Assembly: GCA_964057225.1 (NCBI GenBank)
Contig: OZ059895.1
Span: 13,578,001 to 13,642,000 of the forward strand
Length of the DNA: 64,000 nucleotides
From: Auanema rhodensis
Taxonomy: Eukaryota; Animalia; Nematoda
Reading direction: 5' to 3'
The position numbers and the translations under genes were made by a program. The notes beneath the pieces were generated by a model, which had not been told where the DNA came from, searched no databases, and worked only from the letters and a program-made list of their open reading frames with translations. Positions 29,177 through 44,772 of this stretch are shown here, piece after piece; position 1 is the stretch's first letter; each line of letters opens with the position of its first letter.

Positions 29177-29841
29177 TTAAACGCCCACTTAGCAGTGCAA
29201 TATATAGGATATAAAACCAAATTGGTAAATAAACGAACCCTGATCGAGCCCAGACATTGTGTCAGATTCTAGCTCCTTGTTCTTTTTTATTATTTGCATT
29301 ATTTCTCGCAATGAATCATTTTCTCGTTTTAGTTGTTTATTATTTGTGTTATGTTCTTCTAAGATTTCAGAACTACGGGCTATCTCTGAAATGAACATCA
29401 TAAAGAGAAAAAAATAAATAAAATTACCTTGCTTGATCTTATCGGCCTCCACCCCTAATTCCTGAATAAGGTTTTTTTTTTGAATTCTAGGCTCTAAAGC
29501 CAAACAGTTACTAAGAAAAGGATAGTAAAGGTAAACCTGTAATGCTTGAAGCAAACTTTGAAATCATAGCCTTAAGGTTGTCAATCTGACTTGTTCTAAA
29601 AAGAATGTTGGATAAAAAAAAAAAAAAAAGTCCCTACAATTCACGATTATATCCATTTATCTTCTGCAAAGAAAGCTCCAAATCTTCACTCGAAGGGGTT
29701 AAATCCTTTAAATATTTTATAAAGTATCTAACAACAGTATCCCACCTCAATTTGAATCTTATATTTATCAAAAAAAGCCAAATCATCTTGAACGGAAAAA
29801 GTGCGATCGCCCTTAGAATTGTTCAAACAGCTTTGATCCAT
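29177..29841 (-). CDS. Small coiled-coil protein (about 148 aa), candidate kinetochore Spc24/KBP-4 ortholog
   Basis: Six exons, MDQSCLNN...LTSQIDNLKAMISK...NKQLKRENDSLREIMQ...VGV*. TTTCAG acceptor just before the ATG. The identity rests on synteny with rab-18/uaf-1 and the CDE-CHR promoter, not on recognised sequence similarity. Confidence 0.65.
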
Positions 29842-29922
29842 ATTTCTGAAATTCTTGAATATTTTATACACTTTATTCACTAATTATTCTTGTGAATAAC
29901 TATTCTAAAAAAACATTTCATT

Positions 29923-29938
29923 TTTAAAATTTCGCGCC
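29923..29938 (-). promoter_or_regulatory. CDE-CHR (E2F/DREAM) cell-cycle element
   Basis: Minus strand reads GGCGCG-AAAT-TTTAAA: an E2F site, a 4-nt spacer and a CHR, 82-97 bp upstream of the coiled-coil gene ATG. Confidence 0.7.
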
Positions 29939-30096
29939 TTTGTTAATATTTTTGGTCCTGCAACATTCAATATTACGGTAGCACAAAAATATTTCGAATG
30001 ACGTTGCGGCATATGACTTAAGCATCTTTTTAAAGTTGAAAGCGAATATTGTTTATTATACTAAACAAAATAATAATAAATGAGCTTACTTTAGAA

Positions 30097-30934
<838 letters not shown>

Positions 30935-31185
30935 TTAATAGATTTGTAAATATGAGGCATTATTTCACGTTCTTTACATGTGTATATATAATAATATATA
31001 TATATATATATATATATATTGAGAGCTATGTTCACATTTGTAAATATTTTTTAGCTATTTTCACTTCCACCGTTTCAAGCTATTTTCGATAAATTGATGA
31101 TTTTAATTTCTTCACATTTTCTATTGTTTAGCGGTTCAATATCTTAATATTCTGTTTTCCACTTCTATAAATAAGTATATCTCAG

Positions 31186-33173
<1,988 letters not shown>

Positions 33174-33396
33174 TATCGTCGTTATTGTTATTTAATTAAT
33201 TACCTTATACTATTCCTCCATGTATCTCTGTTGTTATTAAATATACAGCAAAATGAATTGTTCCGCTTTCAAGATCTGAAAACTGTTGAAAGTTGTAAAA
33301 TAAAATGATTAATTGAGTAGGTTTCTCTAAACCAAGCAGTCTAGATAAAAATATGAAGCAGGTTTTTCAACGATCATTGCTAGTTTATTTTTTAAA

Positions 33397-33723
33397 ATGA
33401 AAGGTCTAATTCTTGTCATAATTCTTATTCTCTATGTTTGTTGTATTCATTGTCTTACATTACGGGAGGCTAACAATGCTAGAATAGTGGCGGAAAGGAA
33501 CTTGCATTTATACGAGCGACCAATTATTAAAGATATTCCTTCAAGGTTCGAAACATGAATTTATATTTTAGAAAGCTTATTTTTCAGTCCCAAAGTGCGT
33601 GTGAATTGGGATGGACATGTATTTGTAGCCCCTAATGGACCCATGAAATCAAGCTCGTTACACTCTACCTTTGCTGACTTGTTCAAAGAAAAAAACAGTG
33701 TCAGCACATTAAGAAATCAATGA
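33397..33723 (+). CDS. Small secreted protein, 94 aa, two exons (absent from the ORF track)
   Basis: Exons 33397-33545 and 33588-33723, 42-nt GT...TTTTCAG intron, AAAATG start context, signal peptide MKGLILVIILILYVCCIHC. Confidence 0.7.
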
Positions 33724-34168
33724 TATGCCTTGAAGTTGAATGAAACATTTTTATCGATTGTTGTATTATGATTTAAAGAAATAATGCTAGCGGGTAAATA
33801 ACCGGATTTTTAATGTTTTTGGGTGAACGGTAATTTTTGGAATTTAGATAATTGTGCTTTTTTCAAATATTTATTTTTAACTTTAAAGTTGATAATATTT
33901 TCGTGAAACGGAGCCAATTGCTAGCAAGGGCTGGGGTAACCGAGGTTGTTGTCTTTTTTCATCGATTGCTTGTGAATGCATGTTGTATGCCTTTTTTTTG
34001 CTTAGTACTAATTTCAATTTCATTTATAATATTTTCTCTATGCTAATTTTTTTATTTAGTCTTTAGCATTCAAATACTTCTAATGTTAATTGTACACGTC
34101 ATTCCTTATTACAAAAATAAAATATATGAATACATGAAAAATTTATTCACTTGATTTCTAGAAGAACC

Positions 34169-37100
34169 ATGAAATTTTCTCAAAGTAGTGGGGGTATAAT
34201 GAGCCGAATAGTGGGTGAAGATCAACAAAATTCGGCTTTACAGATAGCTATGTATAATGCTTTATTTCTTTTTATGGTAAGTGAATAGCATTCAATACAT
34301 ATTAAGAGTTTTTGATTTATTAGATGGGGCTAAGTATATGTGGCCTCGTTGCGATGTACAACATGCTTTATATGTTTCTATTTCCTATGCTCTGGGCTGT
34401 TTTGGTTGGAACTGTTCTATTTCCTTTCAAAAAAAAAGTTACTGATGTTATCAAAGGTGCTATCTATTTTAATATTTTATTGATATGTTTGTTGTTGACT
34501 TCTACAGGATGGCTATGTAAATTACAAGACACTGACACTTCTTTGGCTATCGGGATTATCACTCTACCATTTAGCGCATTTAACGATTTCTCGGAATTTG
34601 TGTTCTCAGTTATCATGAGGTTTAAGCCTTCTCCTTTATCATTAAGGATAATATTTTCAGTCAACATGGTATCGCTATAGGAGCGTCGTATCTACTTTTG
34701 AAAATACTGAGTTATGAACGAACTTTCATGCATATAATTTGTTGGTTAGGTCGGCTCTATGAATTTGTGGACTCAGTAGTTTTGTTTTTTACTAAAAACT
34801 GGGTAGCTATAACTGCAATATAGGCACGTAGATCAAACTAATTATAGATTCTTCCCATTTTGGTCCTATATTTTGGATTGTATGCTGCTTGGATTTATTT
34901 GCAAGATCACGATACTATTAATAAAAAACTTGCTCGTACCTTTTCTCTTCCAATATGGTACACACAATTTAACATGATATTTCTATAATTGAAGATTTAG
35001 GATATATTTGCTATCACAACTTGCCATGTTTTTCGGCCCTTTTAGGGCAGCAGTGTTTGGTCTAGCAGGATTTGTTTTAGCTCTCATATCAGCAGGTCTT
35101 GTAAGAAGTGAGGAAGCGCAGGAAAATTCATCACAAACACCAATAGAGGACGAAGTACAGGATATTACAGTAAATGATCATCCTAATATGCATAAGAGCA
35201 CAGGTAGAACTAAATATAATAAATTTATAAAAAGCGGACTATTACAGAGGAAAACGGTTTGGATAGCGCCTTATCAGGAGATTATTTAATTCGTGCTGTT
35301 GTTGGACTATGTGCCTTACTATGGGTTGTTCGTCATGATTCTTCACTGATTCTACTATCATTTCCGTTTCTGTTTGCTCTTTTGAGAAAAACAGGTATGC
35401 ATATAGTTAGTATCTATCCAGATCGTTGCCAAAAAATGGAGAAGAACTCCCCTTTGTTTCAAAAAAAAAATACATATATACATGTAATCCTGATTATTAC
35501 AGCTCAATCATTGGGTATCGTGGCGATAGCCGAGCGATTTCTTCAATCTATTTGGGAAGCTATATCGCCATACGTTTTAAAAGTTGTTAATATCACAGTC
35601 GCAGGTCCTCTACGTCAATTTGTGAAGGTTCACCATAGATTCGTGCAAAACTTTATCAATTTGAATTAGGTTATTTTCACCTCTGATAAGTTTCTCATAA
35701 CAACTTTGCATGACACCATGGATGTACTTTCATCTGTAGTTGTTATGATATTATTGGCATTTTCTGCACTGTTTGCGTTATTCTTTATTGGGTTCCAACT
35801 TCATGGAGAAACAGTCTGTTTTTTCTAACATTATAAAGAATATCTACAGTTTTAGGTTCACCTGGTTAGATTAACGTCGAATGTTTTATCCTCGCGCCCA
35901 GATTGGGTAGCCGCTGCAATGAACTTCACAGAAGACAAACTCGAAGATCATAACATTGATATAGATAATTATGTTGAACAAGCGTATCAACAAGGTAGAA
36001 TCTGGCTTGGCACTCAAGTAAGAGCATTAGGGGGCGGAAAAGATGTCGAAAGAGCTGACATGCTTGAAACTCAAGTTCAACAAGTTGGTAATTATGTCAG
36101 AAAGGTTAATAAAAAATTTTTTTAGATCGTAGATAATTTATACAAAATGTGGGAAGAAAGGGATACTGGTAGTCATGATTCTACAGTGGTTGTTAAGGGA
36201 GACTGGTACACCCAACTCAAAAGTGTTACTGATCTTCAAGCTTTAAAAGAAGAGCTAACTGCTATCATGAAAGAAAATGTGGATACGCTGATTGGCGTGT
36301 GTTTTTTCGATTTATTAATTTTTATATTAAATTATTCACTATATAGATAGCCAGATCACTGTGGGATGTGATATCATCTAATTTGACATTTATATCGTCT
36401 GTTCTGTTTGCTTTTGCTGGTGTTATTCTCAGTTTTGGAATGGAAATAGTCAACTTTTTGATTGAACTAGTATATATTTTATTGTTTGCTACAAATATTA
36501 AGTTTTCAAATTTTTAGATTGTTTTTCTAACAATGGTCTATTACCTCCTTTCTGCTTCCAACGAACGATGGTTACCTTTGCAATGGGCTTCAAGAATAAT
36601 TTCAGTAGCACCTACTTCAAATTCTGAGTACGACGTGACTGCTGCAGTAGAACAAGCCATTTTGTTTGTAAAATATCATTTAACTCTGATAATTTATTGT
36701 ATCTTAGCGGAGTCTTTGTGCTCTCATCGAAAATGGCGGTATTCTATGGGTTTTATACGTTCTTCGTTCACAGCTTATTTGATTTAAATATAGTATTTAT
36801 TCCTTCAAGTACGCGTCTGTCAATATTCATTTACTATCTATCTTTTCAGTGATGGCAGCTATTTTTGCTGCGATTCCGATCATGGCTCCTTATTTTGTAT
36901 CTGTATTTGGAATTTTCGAGCTGTGGCTGGTATTATGAAAGTACCTTATTATTTTATTTACCAATAGTCTTTAGGTTCGTGGTGAATCCGCTGCAGCGTT
37001 GGTCTTCGGGCTTATGTCTTTTGCCCCACTTCTATTTGCCGATGCAACTTTCTATCGTGAAGTCAAGTATGTACAAAATAAAAAAAATATAATATGTATT

Positions 37101-37339
37101 CCACTATATTTTAGAACATCTCACCCGTATGTCACGGGTCTATCTATTATAGGCGGAATGTACTGGTTAGGGCTTCAGGTAATTAAGCCTTTAATTTTAA
37201 AAATTCTAATAAACATTTTAAGGGTGCTATTATTGGACCTATTATTTTATGCTCTTTCCTCGTATTGGTGAACGTTTATCTCCAATTCGCTCAACCAGAT
37301 CTATCTGAAGAACCTAACAGATGTAAAAAAAATAATTAA
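34169..37339 (+). CDS. TMEM245: Transmembrane protein 245 (C9orf5)
   Basis: FLFPMLWAVLVGTVLFPFK, YYLLSAS...WLPLQW, GVFVLSSKMAVFYG and [29 protein letters not shown]. Confidence 0.88.
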
Positions 37340-38181
37340 AATTCGTCTCTTAACTATAAGAACTAAAATTAATAAATTGTATTATGTACTGTTCTCTGAG
37401 AGTTCAGATAAATTTTTTTTTCTGTCATGTTCTAAAAATAACATACCCTATTCACATCCTTTCATAGCCAAACAATCTCAGAATGCACAGATACAACAAT
37501 AAAATTTTTTCTTTCTGTAACAAAGTATACTTTTTATAATTATACTTTTTGTAATCGATTTTGAAATTTACAATTATTGCATTGTAAAAATTTTTTTTCA
37601 CACTGAATATCTTATATTTTGTACAGAAAGTTGGTCTCATTTTTTTACAAGTAAAATTTTATAAAACTTTCTCTAAACTTGTCAGGTTAAAAGAAAAAGT
37701 AAGAAATTATGAAATCTCTCTAGCCAGCTGATCACATAAGTGTTTTTGAATTGCTTCAAAAACGGTCCAGCTTTTATCACTGTCGAACCAGCCTAGCATT
37801 TATTGTTTTTCATTTTTCTTTAACAAATATCCGAGAGTGGTCCTTATTTTCTAATCACTATTGAAAATCTGCTTTTTAGCGCAGCTAAAAATTCAATATA
37901 TAATAATTCCTTATCATTATATTATTATGAATATAATTCCTTGACCAGAAATCCTTCATTAATTAATATAACGAAGAGACTTTTGATAAAGGTTACCTCT
38001 CATACACATGTATTTTTGAAAAACATACTATGATTTCACTGTTGATTGACGAATCATCCGTTAGTCTCCAGTTTTGTTTTGTTTCTTATTTATGTTTCCT
38101 TTCCTATTTTTGTTTTAGACTTACATTCATTGTCGGCCGCTTAGTGTCTTGAGCTTGCCGGAAGTGTCGATAAACAACACC

Positions 38182-41100
38182 ATGAGCGAAGAGGTGAGTT
38201 TTTCATTTCGTTTTATTCGTATTGATTGAATATATGTCTATGTCATTACTAAACAACAATAAAAAACATATATGATAATACATTTCAAAAATGGGCTTGG
38301 GTCCTGAGGTAGTCTTCGTTAATAGCCTTCCAGTTGGACAGGCATACTTCAATTTTAACTGTTTTATTATCTCATATCATTTCTTCTTTATTTTTACCTT
38401 TACCTATTCAAGTTTTTTATTAAGTTGTTGAAGTGACGATTCTATCAACTACGTTTGTTGTCTAGCAGCTATATATCAAATATCGACAACTATATAATTT
38501 TAAAAAAATTTTATATTTAATTTTTTGAGTGATTTTACTAATTTAATTCGAAGTAAAATGTGATCAATAGGAAATCTTTACGAGGATAGATATTTTCACA
38601 AACTACTTCCCATGTTTTGTATTCTTACCAGATGTCTCGTGACCACTCTTAATAGCGTAATTTTCCGGTGTTTACCATTATGAGCTTCTTTTACGAAAGA
38701 AGCTATCTGTTTGTGCTTCTCCTACCAAAAGATGTATAGCGCACTTTATTATAATCTATTACTCTGTTTCTGCTTGTTTCAAATCCGTTAACATTTACCT
38801 GTAACAAAAATCAAATTTAAAATTTTTACAAGTTTTACTAATTTAATGATATTGTTGCATTACTTACAAAACTAATCAGATCAGAGATCGTAACGCTCTC
38901 ATTAAAAAGAATATCAGAGAAACTGTTAGGTCTTCACATGTTTGTATAAATATTCGTATTGTTAGAGACTAGGAATGCTAGTCGATTTTTTTCTCTCGTC
39001 CCTCTTCCGTGCAGCACATGAATCGTTATGTCTATTCCATCTAATCGATTGGCCTCAGCAGCCCAAACCATGCTATGGACAAAATAATACGTATTTTCAA
39101 AATTTTGCATTCTTTTCAATTTTTCTAAAATTTATTTTATATTCTAGCTCTAAATTAACGAATCGGTTCTGGAGTTTAATTTATTATATTTAATTATATG
39201 CTGTGCACATGTTTCTATTATACTTCTACTGTCATGACGTATCAGCACAATTATTACATAAAGTGTCATACTTCATTCTCAAATGTAGTCGAATTAATGA
39301 ATTTTGCCACGCTCATCTCTTGAACACATCAGTTTTTTACTATTTCTACTATTTACGGTTAAGGCAATTAAGCTTAGAATCGAAAGAATGTACTTAATAC
39401 AATTTATTATTTTTTGCTTATTTCTACAGCTCATAATTGTCGATATATATTCGACAACGCATTCGAATTTAAAAAATTATTTACGTTTTCATCGAGTATA
39501 AACCAAAAAAAATTATTATTAATAATAATATTAGTTATACTGTTTTTGTTTTTTTTATGATATAATTTCATAATTTTTTTATAAAGCAGGGAATAAAACA
39601 TAGATGCTTGCTTACTTCTCTTGATTATTCAATTCAGAAGAAAAATTAAAATATATGTTTTTCGATATGCACTTGCTACATAAACTCTTAGCCGCCTACC
39701 CAAAAAAAGAATCAATTTTTTGCTCTTAAATTAATTTTAATCAATGTAATTCGAGATTTAATGTATGAGTTATGATCGAAGCTTTGACAGAATGTTCATT
39801 CTCAATAACTAATCTCGAAACATATATTGATTTCTCTTGGCGTCTTCTTGTTTGCGAAATTTTCGATCAAGTTTTACTTCTATATATTTCTATATATTTA
39901 TACATTAATTTATAAAAGTTTTCATTCATATTTTTAAAATTTAGTCGTTTAAATGATATTTTTATATAGGTATGTAGGTCCTTATACAATTAATATTCAT
40001 TCTCGGGCAAACTAAATTTGTTAAAGGCGTAAAGTATTGATTAATGTTTTATTTTTTTTTGCGCTTCATCCAGTCATAATTTCCTTACGTATTTACTTTT
40101 GATTGAGATTGTATGTATGCTCATTCCTCTTCGCTTGAAATTTTGAACTATTGAATATTTATACCATAAATGACTATGATAATAAAAAAGCCTGGCTTCT
40201 CGGATTGTTTTTCTAAATAATCATAGTCACTTCTCTTCTGTAGAATACATCTAAGACTATTTTTAGATCTAATTTTTTTCATTTTACCGAGGTTTCAAGT
40301 TATTGTGTTACATTACCTTTGTTTATTGACTAAAAAAATATTAGGATCACCACCTCTTCTCCATAGTTGTCGCCTAAAGTACACTCCTGACGATATTCGT
40401 TGTGTAATTTCCTGTCCTAGTATAAATTAAACAAGTGGAAGGGTTAATAGATATGACTCGTTTCTAACATCGCCAACGGGCTACGCCTTCCCATGCGGGC
40501 GTCTCTTGAATGGTTCATCAATCTGTCGTTGATTGCATTTCTTATCGATTTCTACAATATCTTAATTGTGCGAGACTTAAAACTTAATTTAAAGAACTGA
40601 TAGTCTCTTTTTGGGTTTAATATTCTATGAATTCTTGTAGTTTATATACGTTGAAGTTACTCGTTTTTGTGCTCATTATGCAATTGAGTTCTGTGAATCT
40701 CAGTTCTCAATTGACTATGTTGTAACTTAAGTTTCTTTAATATTCGCGGACTTCGCTTTTACCCTTATCAAAATCAATGGTTGAGTTTGAGATTTGAAAA
40801 GCGCGTGATAGTTTGAGTCATATGCTCACCGACTTTCATCTTTCTATATTGTTTCTACTCATCAACAAGTTCTCAGGTTCAAAGTCTTCAGTTGTTGATA
40901 TATATTATATATATATATATATATATATGTTTATATATATATGTGTGTATATAAATAAATATTTATATTTTAGTAGTATTGGTATTACGCTAAATTATGT
41001 AATTAAATTTCAGATCTTTCTTCTGGTTATGAAAAATTTGCTAACCGTTTTTTTACTCATATCATTTATTTCCCCGTTTAATCGAGTATTTTTTGTTTTC

Positions 41101-44100
41101 TTCCGTTTACAATGCATTCATTTGTCATTATTTAATATCGTTACCTCACTGTTTTTGCTGATAATTTCCTCATCATCTTTTGATGAGTTGTCTCTTTCCT
41201 TGTCGGATTCATATATCTACATGAATCCACTTTAATATTTTAAATAATTGTTCTCAAGGCAGAAAATTAAAAAAAAACTAATTATATTATAGAAGAAAAA
41301 TTCATATTGATTAACGTTCTCTTTTCCTTAAATTCAATAGTGACTCTGTTTAATACATTTTATTATTAGTTAACTTTTCTATGAGTATCATTAGTTTCAG
41401 TCCCAAATGACGTCGGGTCCCGACGTACCCCTACATGCTCCATCTTTATTAAATTTGGCTGCTCTTGCAGTTGCCAAGGAACGGGAAATTTTTGTAAGTT
41501 TCTAAGTTTCTACCAACGAATATCATTAATGTTTCAGTTGCTAAATTACCTAGGAACTCATCTTCCGATGGGAGCTAGCCATGCCCTACTTGACCAATAT
41601 CGAACAAAGTGGCAGAAGGAGGTACCTGATTTTGATTGGAAATTAGTAATTTATATCTTAATTTAGAAAGTAGATTCATCGAACTTTCTTCGTTTATGGT
41701 GTGATCCCACAAGATACCCACTTGATTATCTTGATTTGACCGGTGTCACTGTTGATGATCAGACTTTGGCTGACTTATTAATAGCACAGCATAAACACAT
41801 TAGAAAGTTAGACATAACAGGGATAAAAGTGAGTAGAGTGTGAATTTGTTTTCTAATAAATGTTGATAATTTTTTAGGGTATAACAGATTCTGTTAATTC
41901 ATTACTTGATCGAGACAACGCTGTATTTTCCAATCTAAAAATTTTAAAGATGACGTCAATGGAATTATTAAGTCGTCCTATTCCTCGGAGGTATTTATCT
42001 TTTGCAACTCAATTGTAATCTTATTTTTTTAGAAAAATTGGTGTGGCAAGTATGGACACAAGAAATATCCCTGTATTGGGAGAAGAAGATCTGTTGAATC
42101 AAGGAGGTAGTGGAAGATTAGATCAAATGAGAGAAACGAGAGGAGGTCAGACATTAGGTATTGCACAGCAGCCTAATCAATCTAGCTACGACAATGGATT
42201 TGGAAGGTATGTTGTGAAAGCATAATTTGAAACAAACAGCTTTTAATAGTTTTGCCCCAATTGTACCGGTTGATGGTCCTGAAGAAATGAATTGGATAGA
42301 AGAAGAAGAGGAAAGAGATCCCCCTGTGTTCACTAGTCGTTGCCCTAATGTCACAATTTTGAATTTACCACGAGTTTGAATGAAATGTCAATATTTTTTT
42401 GATATTTATTTTTAGTTAAAACGATTTCCGGAAGACGAAGAGAGCTCTGTAAACGAGTTATTGACGCGGGTACTGGAGCCGTTGAAAGATTTGCAAATTC
42501 TTGATCTCTCTTATTGGACTAGGGTTCATTTTTAACATTTTGGGTTTTTCTTATCTATTAACCTTTTTAGGTGGAAAACTTACGGTGTTTACACTCTTTG
42601 AATTTAACAACATTAATTTTGTATGATGTGCCAGATCTTTATCAAGCTATTGGAAGCATTAACCAACTTAAAGAACTTCGGTATGAATTCAAAGAAATTT
42701 TTTTTACCATAACAGTAACCGTCCCATTTTATAGCTATCTCGATATTTCTCAGTCAAATAGAGACACGGGTATGTATCCAAAACCAGCTACTACTCTCCA
42801 CAGTTTGGTGTGTAACTTGCCTTTACTGGAAAAATTGGACATTTCTTCTACAAACCTTGCTTCACCCGCAAGTGTAAATGATTGGATAGCAACTGATGAC
42901 AGGTATACCTACCCTCTTTGATGATCATAACTATTAAGTTTATAGTGACGAATGTGTTCGCTCAGATATTGCTGGGCTCAGATATCTGAAAAAATCTTTA
43001 AAATACCTAGGTCTTTTCAATTGTGAATCCGCAAGTCACTTCGCAGAAATTCCTGCTTTGGAAGTTTCTGGTGATGCCAATGAAGATCAGGTTCTATGTG
43101 CTCTCCGTATATATCAAGACAGGGCTGGTTTGCTACAATCCGTTCTAAATGAAAGCTATCAACTTTATCGGTTTGGAAATAATATACCTCCGGTACATTA
43201 TTATTTTATCAATTAGAATGTTTTTAACTGTGGTTCAAATTTTTTATAGTGTCGGCATACAGAAGCTTTACATCTCGTTCTTAGTGCAATGCAGCGTCAT
43301 TTGGATGACAGTACTTTGCAAATTGCTGGATCTGCAAGTCTATTTTATATTATTCGCAAAGTAACGATGAATAGAGAAACTAAAAAGCAAGTGGTCAGTG
43401 CTCTGCTAAGTGGTAATAAAAACTGATTCTATGATCTTATTAGTATTTTATATGTTCAGGAATGGAAACACATATGGAGGAACAGGTTATGGTCCGAAAT
43501 TGTTGCTTATCATTATGTCAGTTTGAAATTCCTCAGGAAATCCTCTTTGACTATAGGTACAAAAATGGTTGTGCACATATGTAACTAAAGATATTTCAGT
43601 CGATTAGCAATTTTATTAGTCACAGTTTTGCAACATCACAATGCCGATAACTTGACTCAAAGAATTGTCGTATTTCTGTTAAATTCTATGGCGTGTCATG
43701 TTGAAGGAGATCAAAAGGTTCAAGTTGGTAGTTTTGGGGCGATTGAGGTTGTATTATTTGAGAATATTCTTTTATTTTAAAGCATTATGTTATAGATGAT
43801 CCTGGAGCAAATAAAAAGAAAGCTTGGTGCTAACACATGTGATGATGTGATGGAAGTCGGTTGGAGCTTTCTCTGGAACATCACTGGTGATCCTCTAAAA
43901 TAGTTGTAATAAAGAGCATATCATTTGCAGATGAAACACCTGTTAATTGCGAACGTTTTCTGAAATCAGAAGGTTTAGCATTGTTTCAAAAGTGCTTTGA
44001 AGCTTTTCGATCCGAAAGAGAGCTTGTTCGTAACATGATGGGGTTGATTGGAAACATAGCTGAAGTAAATGAATTGAGAAGTCAACTGATGAAAGACGAT

Positions 44101-44772
44101 TATGTTCGAATATTTGTGTATGTACATTGTTTGTATTCTGAGCTTAATTCAAATTTTAGTGCCCTCTTAGACTTAGTTGAAGAGTCTATTGAAATAAGTT
44201 ACAACAGTGCTGGTGTCTTAGCGCATATGGTGAGCGATGGTGATGAGGCTTGGGAGCAACTCAGTACTAAAAGGCATGAAGTTATGGCTAGTATTGTAAA
44301 AGTGAGAATATTTTTATTTTTGAAATTTCATGATTGTTTTATAGGCAACAAGAACATGGAAATTGGATACTCGTCGTTTCATCAACTACCGCTCGTTCCG
44401 ACCTATATTAAGATTATTACCCTTATGGAATGCGTATGCTAGTCAGCATTGGGCTGTTTGGGCATTAGCCAATCTTACAACTACAGATGGGCCTAAGTAT
44501 TTTTCTATTAGTTGTTCTTTATATTTAAACTATTATTCAAGGTATTGTGCATATGTAACAAACGAAGGAGGATTACCTCTTCTAACCGATTTAGTGAAAG
44601 ATCAAAGAACAAGCGAAGAGACCCGAAAATTAGCTTGTATGGTTTTAGAAAATATAGAAAAGAAGTATGTTTTCTTTTTGTTTCTTTTACAATCTCAGGA
44701 AGTTTCAGCTTGGGTTCTTGGGACGTTGTTGAAGAAGGTACAGAAGCTATGGAAAGTTACGAATCAGTATAA
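38182..44772 (+). CDS. zer-1: ZER1/ZYG11-family CUL2 substrate receptor (VHL box, LRRs, ARM repeats)
   Basis: VHL box PSLLNLA, LRRs (LDISSTNL), EVGWSFLWNITDETP, MMGLIGNIAEV, EISYNSAGVLAH, RFINYRSFRPI and QHWAVWALAN. The first coding micro-exon MSEE (38182-38193) is inferred; the body starts at 41401 with an in-frame ATG at 41407. Confidence 0.9.

Noticed and set aside
38934-41235. ORFs inside the zer-1 first intron as a nested gene
   Set aside because: Low-complexity, partly microsatellite-derived, and no spliced model could be built.
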